Assembly: GCA_044892525.1 (NCBI GenBank)
Contig: CM097885.1
Location: forward strand, 50,718,001-50,782,000
Reading direction: 5' to 3'
Length of the DNA stretch: 64,000 nucleotides
Source of the DNA: Schmidtea polychroa
Taxonomy: Eukaryota
Made by a program: the position numbers and the translations under genes. The stretch's first letter is position 1. Each line of letters begins with the position of its first letter. Below the pieces are notes generated by a model. That model saw nothing but the letters and a program-made list of their open reading frames with translations, ran no database searches and was not told the DNA's origin. Below are positions 32,280 through 44,773 of this stretch, one piece after another.

Positions 32280-32725
32280 ATGAGTGAAATCCGAACAATG
32301 AAATCCTCATTGGCATCGACACAGCATTATGGACACAGTCTTATTAATGGGCTAAAGAAAGCAAAGCAGTTGTTTCGGTGTCCCAAGAACAGTCGACAAA
32401 CTACTATGTTTCAGATAGTGACGCAACCATAACTCAAGAAGACATTGACAAAGTTGAAAAAATGCGCTGGACAACATTCGATCAATTTACAAAGCGAACT
32501 TTTACTGTCTGGCGCATTAATTTACCAAACGATAAAGCCAATTGGGCCGACGGTCAGTGCAATTGTCCAGCATATTTTAAAAAATTTATTTGCAAGCATG
32601 TTGTCGGCATTTCAATCAGACTTAAATATTGCAAAGTACCGGCAATAGTTAAGAATACTTCTATTGGAAATAAACTACCAATAGGAAGACCAACTAAAGC
32701 TAAAAAAGCCTTATTAAAACAATAA
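32280..32725 (+). mobile_element. MULE transposase C-terminal fragment with SWIM zinc finger
   Basis: CNCPAYFKKFICKHVVG (CxC...CxH) and a GRPTKAKKAL tail. Confidence 0.75.
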
Positions 32726-33303
32726 TTCTTTGTGAAATAGTCTTTATATTTTTATGGATTTTTTTATTGTGTCACTTTTTGTTTATTCTTATGAATTTTT
32801 CATTGTTTTACTTAGTTTTTGTATTTTTTTACTTATAAAAATTAAAAATGTTACCTATAATAAAATAATTAAATACCTAATGAATTCTATTTTTTTACTT
32901 AAATAATTATTATAATTAGCATTTTATAAATATTTACTTAGAAAAAATACATAAAGGCACTAATAAAATACATAGCGTTTAGTAAAAATTACATAGCGAA
33001 TATTATTATAAATAATTTATCAAATTGTAAATATTCAGTGGTTTCTTAAGAAATTAAAGAAAAAAATGTATTTGTTTGTTGATTTAAATTAAAAACAGCT
33101 TTTAAGTAGCTCTTGAATAAAATTGTTTTAAAAATTAATCTTTTAAAATAAAAAACTGATATTTTGAATTATTTAAATATTAAGAAATAGATATTATAAT
33201 AATAAAAAGTTAAAGTTATGAAAAAGTGACAAATAATAAAAGCAAAACATAATTAGATATTTCTAAAACGCTTACTTGACAAGAACAAAAAATGTGCAAA
33301 AAT

Positions 33304-33885
33304 TTAATAAAAATATTCAGTAATGGGATAAAGTAACAAGGATATAAACACTCCCCAAAATAAACCTAAAATCACTTGACGAAATAAAGTCGGTTTATTT
33401 CTATTTTCAATTGTTTTATTATAAACTTCATTTATTATTTTTTTCTCAGATAAACATTTTGCAGTTTGAAGGTTAAGATTTTTGTTTATTAAATTTATTT
33501 CTTTTTCTGTCATAACTTTACACATTGTGCACAATTCGTATGTTTTATCAAGTCGACTTTTGTATTCATGATAATCTTGTTTGAATGTGATGGAAGATTT
33601 CGGAGAAAATTTATTTAGAAGTGTTACATATTTTGATTGTTTGTCAATACAATTTTTACACAATATTGATGAAGTGGTTTTAATTGAGGTTTGACGCTTG
33701 AAAGGTTTTGGATTTAGATTTTCGTCAAACTGTTCAACAATTGTTTTGTTATAATCTCCATTTTCATTGAATCCATTATATTGATGACAATGAGGACAAG
33801 TGAAAGAATTTACATTTCTTTTAAAGACTTTTGTATTTTTTGCACAGAACCAGCAATTGACAGGCACTTTTATTTGAGAATTCAT
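33304..33885 (-). CDS. TMEM201: TMEM201/Samp1/Ima1 N-terminal protein, copy 4
   Basis: Near-identical to copy 3 and convergent with it. Confidence 0.82.
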   Translation of the reverse strand: MNSQIKVPVNCWFCAKNTKVFKRNVNSFTCPHCHQYNGFNENGDYNKTIVEQFDENLNPKPFKRQTSIKTTSSILCKNCIDKQSKYVTLLNKFSPKSSITFKQDYHEYKSRLDKTYELCTMCKVMTEKEINLINKNLNLQTAKCLSEKKIINEVYNKTIENRNKPTLFRQVILGLFWGVFISLLLYPITEYFY

Positions 33886-36569
33886 TGTTATGATTAATTG
33901 TATTTAGTTATTAAATGATAATTAATGATAATATTCATTGTAATAATAAATTAATTAAATTGCATTCTCTTACTTTTGTTAAATTAAAAAATGTAATTTG
34001 GACATTAATAATTCCAACATTCGTAAATTTTTTTGGATATTTTAATTTATCTGGGAACAATTACTTTTATTAACAATTATAAAAAATTTGAATAATTTTA
34101 TTTTGAAAGAAAATTCATCATAAAAATTAGAAGAAGTTGATCAATAGGAAAAATCAAAATGTTAGTAAAGTTTTGCACCAGAGCTAATGCGACTATTTTT
34201 TCAAAAATAAATATTATTGTATTATTGTAAGGTTATATAATTATAATTTATAATGAGTTTTATTTTTTTCCCCGTGAATATTTTCCACTTTTAAGAAACA
34301 GATAAACAATCACAGTTTATGAGCTGTCCAACCTTTTTTGAGATTTTCTAACAAAATACATAAAGTTAAATATTATAAATAAATTTGTGAATTTTTCAAT
34401 ATATAAATTTTCAATTTAAAATCCTTATAATTGCGAAATTATGTTTGTCTGTTTGTTACGTTTATTTTTGGCGGGCCACTGTTAGAAGGTAATTGTCCGT
34501 CTTTATTTATTTTGCCTTTTCACTATTTAGTGTTTTGTCGGAAAATAGTATTATGATATGACACTAGACAAAATTTTATTCAATAATTACAATATCGTAA
34601 AAGTGAACTTGACTCACGTTCTCTACGGTGTCGCTCGTATATTCTCCTGAACTCTAAATTAGCCTCTCTCGTCAGAGTTCTCGCTGTATGTACCTCATGT
34701 CATAGGGATCTGACCTCAGATTGCACTTAAATTAATATGACCCTGTCAATAAAATGAAATTTGTTACAAAAGGTTAGACGTCAACCATGAACATTTAGAT
34801 GTTTACACTGATTTTAGATTTTAATCAATGAGACAAGGAGAAAGTCGAATCCATGTGACACCAACAAAACAAGCAATTTTTATTTTAATCACACATTATT
34901 CGACTGTATAATGCTCGCCAAAATACGACCTGAATAGAGTGAGTTCCCGTTTGCCCTGTTTGCATATTTTCTCCAGTGAGTAGGTCGGACACTTTATTTG
35001 GCTGCCGGGTATAATTTTGGTTTTCTTTTAATTCCAAAACTATTTTTATATTATTTTCCTTTGACGAATTAATTTTCTAAATTTTTATATTTTATTTAGT
35101 TTCTGTTAGTTTCGGTGTCATGATAGATTTCTCTGTTTATTTCTGTTTATTTCATGCAATACTTCTTCAATACGTTTTTGTCATTTTACTTTTATGTTTT
35201 GTCATTTTTATGTTATTTTGTTTCTTTTAATCGTAATTAATTGGTGTTTTTCATGAGTTTGGACTTTTACTCAACTTCGGGCTATATTTACATGTTATTT
35301 TTAGGCATTTTGATCATAAACTCACATTTAGTTTTTGGGTTAAAATCAGGTTAAAAAATCCTTTTTCGGATAACTGTTAGTATATGTTAGATGAGAGGAG
35401 TCGAAGAATAAAGGAGTTCGAATTAACAAAATATTATTGGACCACCCAAACAGATACCGGGTGAATGTCTATGTAGAGCCCGCATAATAATCGAATCTCA
35501 AATTTACTCATGTGCAATCTAGAACCGATTTCAAAACAATCAACGAATCCTTCTGACAGCATGGCTGTTATTCATTATGATCATCAACGGACAATTCTAT
35601 GAACAATTCATTTATGATGACGTCACCTGTGACTTTTTAAGCGTCAATAGGTAAGTGCCAAAAGAATGGCTACCTATCTCTGTCTACAAACGATTTAGAC
35701 TGTTTAAAATAGGTACTATACGTTTGTTATTACACATGCATATAGTACTGTTAAGTTGTTAAGTTGTTATCTTCTATTTATGTTAAATAATGGTGATATA
35801 TTATAGTTTCTATTTATGTTAAATAGAAATTGTATATTATTGTAGTGTTAATGTAGAGGATTGCAGTACTCAGCCGAGTCACCAGTAAATAAACTGTCTT
35901 GGGACAGCTGGGGTGTTTTTGTGAAAAATACTTTGTGTTTCAACTGCAAAATCTCTAAAGAATAGAAAGGTTTTCGGAAACTAGACAGCGAATAAATTTT
36001 AATCCACTTCAAATAATAGAACTAGTTTGAAGGAATTGTTCGTACAAGTATTGGTATTGTTTAGAATAGGATTTGATGATTTGAAGGATTTCAATAATTT
36101 ATGTTTCAGATAAATCCCAACTTCTTTATAGCTAGTTGTTTCTTGACGTTTAGCTTGTTAGTTTTTTTAAATTTATTTTCGAAATTGAAATTTTATTGGT
36201 AATTTAATCGATTCTCCATAATTAATTTTTTCTATAGAGAATCAAATCTATATAGTTTATATAAACATCACAACATTCTGATTGAAGGGAGATTTATATA
36301 TTCACAACGATTTCACAATGCAAATAACAATAATAAAAGTTTGACAATCCACAACACAACTTCCCCATTTAAAACCGGAGGTTAACAGTTTTAACAATTA
36401 TAGTAAAAAATAATAACAATTAAACCTTATTTACAAATTTACAAAAACAATAAAAAATCGGTGTTGCTTGTGTTGTGTTTGTTTTGTTTTGGTTTTACAA
36501 CTCGCCAAAAAAAATAAAAAAATATACAACTAAACTTTGTATGGGGGTTTATGTTATTTTAATTGTGTT

Positions 36570-36922
36570 ATCTTCAATTGCCTTTTCGATGAAGAAATGA
36601 AGTGGACTCGAATAATTGTAGGGTTCATCTATATAAAAATTATTATAGAAAAAAGTTCATGGGACTCCGAACACTATTGTCAGTGGTCTCAAGAAGTAAG
36701 TTTTTTCTTTATAATCTATATATTAATAATATTCATTTTTAGATAATCAAATCCAAGTTTACACCATGGATAGAAGCCAATGGCGGATAGGGTACACTCA
36801 ATCAACTGCCCCGAAATGCCAAGGAAATCGATCAACAAAAAACAAAGTTTAAAAACTATATTAAACTTGCAACAGGTGTTGCCATCTTGTACACTATTTA
36901 TAGATTTTTAAATAAAAATTAA
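36570..36922 (+). pseudogene. Bcl-2-like pseudogene (5'-truncated; TAG replaces the BH2 Trp); mirrored at about 58237-58590 (-)
   Basis: LFDEEMKWTRIIVGF, then intron gtaagt...ttttag, then IIKSKFTPWIEANGG* and a TM tail. Confidence 0.75.
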
Positions 36923-38657
36923 TGTCGTTATGTTGTTTTATCTTTAAAATAAATAAATAAATAAATTTTAAAATTTATTAATTAACACATTCACAATCAT
37001 CTCCACATTTCATAATATTTACAACGACATGATCTACACAATCGTTACAATCGTTATCATTCGTAATATTTTCCGTATCTTTAGGTTCATCTATAGGTTC
37101 ATAGATTTCCTCATCAATTTCTTGGGTGTCATCATTTTCTTGAGTATCGTTGGTTTCTTGAGTGACTTCCTGATCATCAAATCCTAAATCTTGACTCTCA
37201 ACTACCAGGCCTATATTTAATGCATTTGTAACAGATAATATGTCCTCCATTTTTACCCCAGCTATTTCTGCTAATTTTCCCAACTAAAGGTTGATTACAA
37301 ATTCTAAATAATAAATAATTCGGCAATTAATTAATCATGTTAACCTTTTTCCGCAGTCATTATTATCACTTTAAAACTATATTGTAAGTTTGTTTAGAGA
37401 TTGTCTTTGTTAAATTTGCATGTCTTTTGCATGTCTTTTGCATGTCTTTTGCATGTCTTTTGCATGTCTTTTGCATTAATGTTGCAACTCCTCAATAAAC
37501 TGAAAATAAATCACTACTCGGTACATTCTCAATACAAAGCTGCTCATGTTGAAAGATTTAACAGAACCTTAAGAGACAGATGAAAGAAATTGTTCGTGCA
37601 TCAAGGTAATAAAAAATTGGTATTGGTTTTACCAAATATTATAACCAGTTATAGTAATTCATCACATCGAGGACTTAATGGATTGAGACCTGTTGATATC
37701 ACATCAAAAACATTCTATTCTAAAAATCTCTAAAAATTACAAAACCGAAATATAAAGTTGGTGATCATGTTAGAATTAGTAAAATTAGTGCATCACCATT
37801 TATTAAAAATTGTGATACAAATTGGAGTGAAGAAGTCTTTTTAATTTCGCAAATAAATACCAGCTAGAACCCTGTAATGTATGTCATCAAAGACTCTGAT
37901 AATAACATTGTACAAGGGAAATTTTATAAGCAAAATTACAAGTCATTCGTCCCCCAAAAGTATTTAGAATTCAAAAGATATTGAAATCTAAAATGGTAGG
38001 TTAACCAATACTATGTCAAACGGCATGGATATAAAAACCCATCATAAATATCGTCTCAAAACCTCGTAAAATGAATTTTTACATTATTTTGACGAGCAAT
38101 AGTTGTCCGAATATACATCCAGAAAAAACTGCCAGTAAATTTATGGTTAATTTCCAAAATCCAATTTATTTAAATGGCGAGTGGGAAGTGGCTCTCCTCG
38201 ACTTTACATTTGTGTAAAATCTCTTTCCAATTTATAGTAAAGCTAAAATTAAATATAAAAAGAATGAGACGCAAAGAAATACATCTTTTGTCATTGATAA
38301 TGTAGAAGATCGAATTGATATATCTAATCTTTCCGATTCAATTGTCAAAATGTATATTGATCATCAATATTTAATAGTTGAATGTAAATATCATCTCTTT
38401 CCTATAAAATTTGATAGTTAGGCAATTGCAAACGATTGGAATTAACAAGTCAGAGTAATAAAAATCATACTAATATATTCCAAGTACTACGGCCGAGATT
38501 TACCAAAGTAGCAGCGCGATATAAAACAATGTCATTGAAAGTTGAGTTTGAGGGTGAAACTGAAAATACATATACGTTGAATGAGAATTTATACATTTCT
38601 AAATTGGAGGAATTACAATCATATTTAATTCAAAATTGTAAATCAATATTTAAATCA

Positions 38658-39178
38658 ATAATCAATAAAACGTGGCAATGATTTAATAATACAGAAACGC
38701 CAACTCAATAAATTCAACATAAACGCGATATATTTCAATTGTACAACAATCTTCGTCAGGCCGCAATCTGGATAATCAATAATAAGACATAAAATATGCA
38801 ATATCTAAACAAATTAACTAATAATAATCATCTCCAAACTGTATCAAAAATTTTTAAAAAAATATTTCAAAAAAATTATTTTAACAAACCAAACCATATT
38901 TTACATAACCCACATACATATTATTTTAAAATTAAATTTTAATTTAATAACATTTAACATTCAACATAAAATTAACAAATTTAAAAAAATTACATAGTTT
39001 ACAAAACACAAACATAATTATACCACAAACAAGACTCCCAACCTTCATCCTTCAATTACTTAAACACAGTGTTCAAGAACTCGGGTGCAGAGATGACGGG
39101 CAGTCTCTCCAATGTATATGGCATTACACCCATTACATGAAAATTGATACACAAGCTCAGAACACAAACCGATTGGCG
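38658..39178 (-). mobile_element. Penelope-like insertion in the decayed penton gene (internally deleted relative to the right-arm copy)
   Basis: 9-bp TSD tttaaatca at 38649-38657 and 39179-39187. The empty site is present in the central copy at about 47691. Hammerhead motif at about 38722-38764. Confidence 0.85.
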
Positions 39179-40157
39179 TTTAAATCATTGGAATTAGTAG
39201 ACAATACTTTGTTCAAATTCAGTTTCAATACTGATATTACTGAAATTACTTTTGATAAAAATCTAATAAAAACATTAGGATTACCAAAAGGAATATATAG
39301 TCAAGATTGAAAATTAAATGTAGGTATGAATAAACTGAAAATAATTAAACTTCATCATCAAATGTTCATCTATACTAATATTATTGATTAAAGGTTCAAA
39401 AACTTTCAACGTGTGTTCATTTTATGGATCAACCCAAATATTTACTACCAGGTGTAAATGCACATATGAGATTGAAAAGATCTGATTCTGTATTGTCATT
39501 ATCAACTGGAGTTGCAAGTGCAGCACCTAAATTAATATTACTCGATGCTAAATTAATGGTTCGAAGAGTTCGATGTGATTCATCTGTATTAGCTGGACAT
39601 CAAATTGGATTAAATACCAAACATGGAATTTATCCGATAAAGACAAAAGAAATTGTATCATTTGCAATTGCTAAAGGAGCATCATCTTTTTACAAGGAGC
39701 AAATATTTGGAAATCGAAGAATGCCTAATTTCATCCTTGTAACTTTTCAAAGTGAAGCTCAATCTAACGGATTTTATGATATATATTGATCAAAATTCAA
39801 ACATTTTAGTGTAACTTCTCTATCATTATCGAAAAATACTGATTATCAAGAAACTTTTACTGAAGATTTTGATAATGCTAATTATTGTACTTCATATATG
39901 AAAAGTCTTGTTAGAAATTTATGATATTTGGATAAAAATCTTAATTGTGGTATAAGTCTGAAAGAATTCAAATCATTCTATCCATTTTTTACATTTGTTC
40001 TTGCTCCAGATTTTGATTTAAATCAAAGCTATTACCTCAAAGTGGAAATTTAAGATTGGACATTCAGTTTGGAAAAGCAATTGCTGAACCAGTCCATGTA
40101 ATAATCTATGAAGTTTTTGAAAATGAAATCCAAATTACTGCAAATCGAACGGTATTA

Positions 40158-40700
40158 AGTAGAGACAAGTGTGATCCATGACTCATCATACCCCCTCCCC
40201 CGATGACTCATTTTTTTTCGATTTTTTTTCAATTTTTTTTTTCGATTTTTTTTTCGATTTTTTTTCGATTTTTTTTTCTATTTTTTTTCGATTTTTTTTT
40301 GATTTTTTTTTTTGAATTTTTTTCTTCTGATTTTTCCCCCGATGACTCATCCATAGCAACTGTGGTAACCATGGCAACCACGTCAAGGTCATATGATTCA
40401 TCCATAGCAACGGCTGTAACTAGGTCAAGCTCATTCTATTTTAGTAACAAGGCCATATGACTCATCATTTTTGGAACAAAGCTAATGACTAATTATTAAA
40501 GTACATATGACTCATCATTTTTTAAACAAAGACATATTTAATATTTAAACAAAGACATTTAAAGAAAGACATGTAATCAAATATTGAAATAAATACATTT
40601 AAACAAAGACATATAGACAAAGACTCATCGATGACTCATAGTTTAGATAGGGTGTTTCTTTTTTTGCATTTCCCCCCCAGTATGACTCATCGAAGACTTT
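40158..40700. promoter_or_regulatory. Putative Polinton terminal region with clustered AP-1 (TGACTCA) and AACAAAG motifs
   Basis: TGACTCAT at about 40179, 40204, 40343, 40458, 40508, 40632 and 40683. AACAAAG at about 40476, 40525, 40548 and 40602. A (T)nCGA repeat spans 40211-40320. Confidence 0.6.
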
Positions 40701-40861
40701 TTTGAACACGACTCTAATTTTTAGAACAGACTTCTTTTTTGGTAAACCAAAAATTATTGAATATGTTGCTACAGAATAATAATTATAATTATAATAATAA
40801 TAATAACAATAATAATATTAATAATAATAATAATAATAATTATAATAACAATAATAATAAT

Positions 40862-40906
<45 letters not shown>

Positions 40907-41306
40907 TATAATAATAATTATAATAATAATAATAATAATTATTATTATTATAATAATTATAAAAACATACCATTTTTTTCATAAAAAAGTTTTTTTTCAT
41001 AAAATTGATTTCATAAATCATAAATCATATAAAAACTGGTTTCATAAAAAAAAATAAAATAAAAATTAATCATAAGAAATTTAATTATAAAAATTTAAAT
41101 TATAAAAATAATAATTACCTCATTTGAAAAATATATACAAAGTATCGATAACATCTAACCAATCAGAATTGGATATTATCGATTCTTTGTTCTCTGAATA
41201 TGACTCATCGATGAGTCATTGTTACTAACTGAGTAATTTCTACTCACATAAAGACATTCAATACAAGTGCAATACAAGTGCATGAAATCCTTATGTAAGT
41301 AATAAT

Positions 41307-41418
<112 letters not shown>

Positions 41419-41518
41419 TTTATTACAATACTAGTAATAATAATAAAAAAATAATAATATTTATGCCAATAATAATAATAATATATCAGACAAAAGATAA
41501 TTTAAATTAATACATTTA

Positions 41519-41905
41519 TTAAACAATGAAATAATTTAAAATTAACAATGGCCATTTAAATATTGATGTACTCATATTTGCTGCCATCTTGTTTGAAATT
41601 GGTAACGTTGAATTGTTTTTCAAATTTTCTATCGATTCTTTTATTGTTCGAATTTCGAATATTATTAAATCAATCTTTCTTAACAAATGATCATGTTTCT
41701 TATCAATAATTTTCATATTCTTTTTATTTTCAACAATTGAGTTATTGAAAACTTCAATATGATGAATCAATTTAAATTTTATATTTTGTATATATTCAAA
41801 AGATAGGTCATAGCTGTTTTCTAAATTCTCCAATCTTTGGGATATTCTTTTTCCTGGATGCTTTGCCCATTTTGGTTTGTCAAGAATATATAAAATATCC
41901 ATCAA
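41519..41905 (-). CDS. Hypothetical coiled-coil protein of the Polinton (start uncertain)
   Basis: 128-aa open frame with heptad-like I/L periodicity and polyA-like signals downstream; no recognised family. Confidence 0.5.
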   Translation of the reverse strand: MMDILYILDKPKWAKHPGKRISQRLENLENSYDLSFEYIQNIKFKLIHHIEVFNNSIVENKKNMKIIDKKHDHLLRKIDLIIFEIRTIKESIENLKNNSTLPISNKMAANMSTSIFKWPLLILNYFIV

Positions 41906-42128
41906 CTTGGCGGTATTTGGACAAATTCATATTGATTTATTAAAAGACTCCACCGTTATTGTTGTATTGTGTGAGCACACATTCCTTATAATAATTAGCA
42001 ATAGAAATATAGTTTTCATGTTGTATCAAATCTATTATGTTTTACATTTATAGTCTATCAACCAATCTGAATCATATTACACACACAGTAGTATAAATAA
42101 GACAGTATATTAAAAATTATTGTAAAAA

Positions 42129-42643
42129 ATGTATAAATTTATTGAAAACGTTCTAAATGGACTAGTCACAGCGAATATAGTTGACAGCCTCAATTTCCTG
42201 GTCAATCGGACCGAACAAATTATTGAAGGCAACCATATCGACTACCAGAGCATGCTTGATATGGATTGTCTTGAATCAAAGAAGAATTATTTTAACAATA
42301 TATTTCAATGTCTCTGCGATGAAGACATGAAATGGACAAGAATTATTGTAGGGTTCACCTACATGAAGATAATCATTGCGAAAAGCCAACATGACTCAGA
42401 ACATTATTATCAGTGGTCTTTAGAAGTAAATTTATTATTATTATTATTATTATTATTTTTTAGATAATCAAATCCAAGTTTAGTCCATGGGTAGAAGATA
42501 ATGGCGGATGGGATACACTCAATCAACTCGCCCGCAATGCTAAAGAAACTGATGAAATCAAAAGAAAAATGAAAAACTATATTAAACTCACAACAGGAGT
42601 TGTTTTATTGTATATGTTATTTAAATATTTAAATAAATATTAA
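42129..42643 (+). CDS. Bcl-2 family homolog, 158 aa, two exons (42129-42425 and 42464-42643), C-terminal membrane anchor
   Basis: BH1-like LCDEDMKWTRIIVGF. Removing a 38-bp GT-AG intron gives BH2-like PWVEDNGGWD and the tail YIKLTTGVVLLYMLFKYLNKY*. The same intron position is kept in the diverged arm copies. Confidence 0.8.
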
Positions 42644-42685
42644 TTTTTGTTATTTTTCTTATGTATAAAAAACAAAATTTAACAT

Positions 42686-43012
42686 TTAACATTTATTAAC
42701 ACATTCACAATAGTCATCTCCACATTTCATAATATTATCAACTACATGATCTATACAATCGTTAGGTTGTTCTTGGATGTTTTCTCCATCAATTTCTACA
42801 TCAATTTCTTGACTCACTTCACTTTCATCAAATCCTGAATCTTGACTTTCAACTATCCAGCCTATATTTAATGCATTTGCAACAGATAATATATCCTCAA
42901 CATTTACACCAGCTATTTCTGCCAATTTTTCCAACAAAAAGTTGATTACAATTTCTAAATAATAAATAATTCGGTAAGTTATTAATCAAAATTAACCTAT
43001 TTCTGTAGTCAT
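42686..43012 (-). CDS. Small acidic protein, 94 aa, two exons (43012-42997 and 42954-42686), DSGFDES motif and Cys-rich tail
   Basis: ATG ACT ACA GAA ATA G|gt...ag|AA ATT joins in frame across a 42-bp intron. The same exon/intron layout occurs at 57799-58181. Confidence 0.65.
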
Positions 43013-43256
43013 TTTTATTAACACTTTTAAACTATAATGTAAGTTTGTTTATAGAATGTCTTTGTTAAATTTGCATTACTGTTGCATTAATATTAATAAA
43101 ATAAATAAGATTAAATACATTAAATACATTTATTAAAATACATTATATACATTTATTAAATACATTAAAATAGTTGTGAAAGCCTAGCAGACATAATTTT
43201 CCAAATTGGAGAATACACATCATTATTATCGACTTTATATCCTTGGATTGCAATTG

Positions 43257-43571
43257 TTATATACCAATTTTCGTTTTCTTTGAAACTGATTTCATCAAAG
43301 GCATCATAAAATTTTGCATATCGGTTGTTGAACCATGCATTTGATTACATGATAGATTTGAATTTAACCGTTTGAAAACATCATCTATGGTTTTAACATC
43401 TACCATTGAAAGCGTGTCGGATAAGAATTGAAATTGAGTTGGAATTAACTTGACCGGTGCAACCAATTTCATATTGATTTCTTCTTTTAAAAAATACATT
43501 TTGTAGTTGTGGAACATTTGAACAGGCTGAACAAGTTCATCTTTCGGTTTTTCAGTGCTTTTCTTGACCAT
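43257..43571 (-). CDS. Hypothetical Polinton protein
   Basis: 104-aa ATG-initiated ORF with upstream TATAAAA (43605-43611) and CCAAT box; no recognised family. Confidence 0.55.
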   Translation of the reverse strand: MVKKSTEKPKDELVQPVQMFHNYKMYFLKEEINMKLVAPVKLIPTQFQFLSDTLSMVDVKTIDDVFKRLNSNLSCNQMHGSTTDMQNFMMPLMKSVSKKTKIGI

Positions 43572-43725
43572 CGTGAATTATGATTAAAATGAAATGGTAC
43601 AGGGTTTTTATACCTTCAAAATAAATGGAACAACCAATCAGATTAAAGTTTAAATTGCATCAATGTTGCACATGCTTTGCATTAATGTGTCTTTGTTTAA
43701 ATTGCATTAATGTTGCACATGTGTG

Positions 43726-43794
<69 letters not shown>

Positions 43795-43872
43795 ATTACT
43801 TATAATTATTATTATTATTATTTTTGGTCATCAATATATATAAAAAAAAACAAAATATATAAAAAATATTTA

Positions 43873-44270
43873 TTAATTTAAATCAACAATCCTAGAATAG
43901 TAATATCTTCTAAGTGTTTTTACTAAATTCCATTCTACATATCACTGATAACGATCAGCACAACAACTGCATCCAATGATACATGGATATTCTGGTTCCA
44001 TTTCTTTCTGCATTCTGTCGATCTTGATATCCCATTGGAATTATTTCAATATATCGAACATCCAGATTCTTGTTGCATTGTATACCAAATCTGGTATAAT
44101 CTCTGGATCCCTGTCCTTCAGAATTTCATTCAATTGAGGATAGAAATACTTGAGGCAATTTAACATCACTTTGGAATATTCATCTATAAAATATATAAAA
44201 AATATATATAAATTAAAAATTTACCGTAATTATCGATCTCAGACATTGATTTTGCCGCGCTAGTATACAT
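43873..44270 (-). pseudogene. Putative intron-containing Polinton gene with internal stops
   Basis: MYTSAAKSMSEIDNY, then gtaaat...tttatag, then DEYSKVMLNCLKYFYPQL...WMFDILK*; coding-like composition continues after the stop. Confidence 0.35.
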
Positions 44271-44335
44271 TATTAATGACATCTAAACAATAAACAGTTA
44301 ATATTATTATTATTAACCAATTAGAAATTAACCAA

Positions 44336-44773
44336 TTAGAAATCGACCAATGAATTTAACTCATTCCGAACATTGTTAACAAATTCCCTATAGTCTAAAT
44401 TTCTCAACCCAAGCATGACAACCTTTCCACTTGAAAACACATTGACACATATAGGGTTATATTTTAATAGTCTTAGTGCCGGAAACAATTCCGGTTCAAA
44501 CATATAATTACATTTTCTCGATATTTTGTATAAATTGATAGTATGTCCCATATCCGTAGTAACGGTAATTGATTGAATTTTAATATTATTGATTCGATAT
44601 TGTAATTTATTAATATCCAATGGTTCCTTACATCCCATAATTCTGCATTTGCCAGTCTTGAAAAATATTATCGGATATTTCCCGCTTCTATCGACAATTT
44701 GCTGTGGTTTTCCTGGTGGGAACCTCATTTTTGAGACATCAAAATTTCCTCGATAATTTATATTTGCAAGCAT
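44336..44773 (-). CDS. TATA-binding protein (TBP)-like protein, minimal two-repeat core, element-encoded
   Basis: IIFFKTGKCRIMGCK (repeat 1), NIKIQSIT, FEPELFPAL and VNVFSSGKVVMLG (repeat 2) parallel TBP LIFSSGKMVCTGAK, FKIQNMV, YEPELFPGL and LIFVSGKVVLTG. Confidence 0.85.
   Translation of the reverse strand: MLANINYRGNFDVSKMRFPPGKPQQIVDRSGKYPIIFFKTGKCRIMGCKEPLDINKLQYRINNIKIQSITVTTDMGHTINLYKISRKCNYMFEPELFPALRLLKYNPICVNVFSSGKVVMLGLRNLDYREFVNNVRNELNSLVDF

Larger units (their letters stand above)
33816..40157. repeat. Left arm of giant inverted duplication
   Basis: Reverse complement of 54818-64000 apart from indels. Mirrored ORF pairs: 36537/58622, 37283/57876, 38436/56733, 39424/55551. Confidence 0.95.
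36570..40157 (+). mobile_element. Decayed Polinton copy (left arm): Bcl-2-like, acidic ORF, integrase 3' half, penton and MCP 3' part, all disrupted
   Basis: Colinear with 42300-43080 and 46525-49700, with stops, frameshifts and two large deletions (junctions at about 37487 and 39387). Confidence 0.9.

Noticed and set aside
35400..35700. Coding-like stretch with a gtaagt donor in the inverted arm
   Set aside because: It has an in-frame stop and no recognisable family.
40186..40460. Lys-rich and Phe-rich ORFs
   Set aside because: They arise from the (T)nCGA low-complexity repeat in the putative terminal region.
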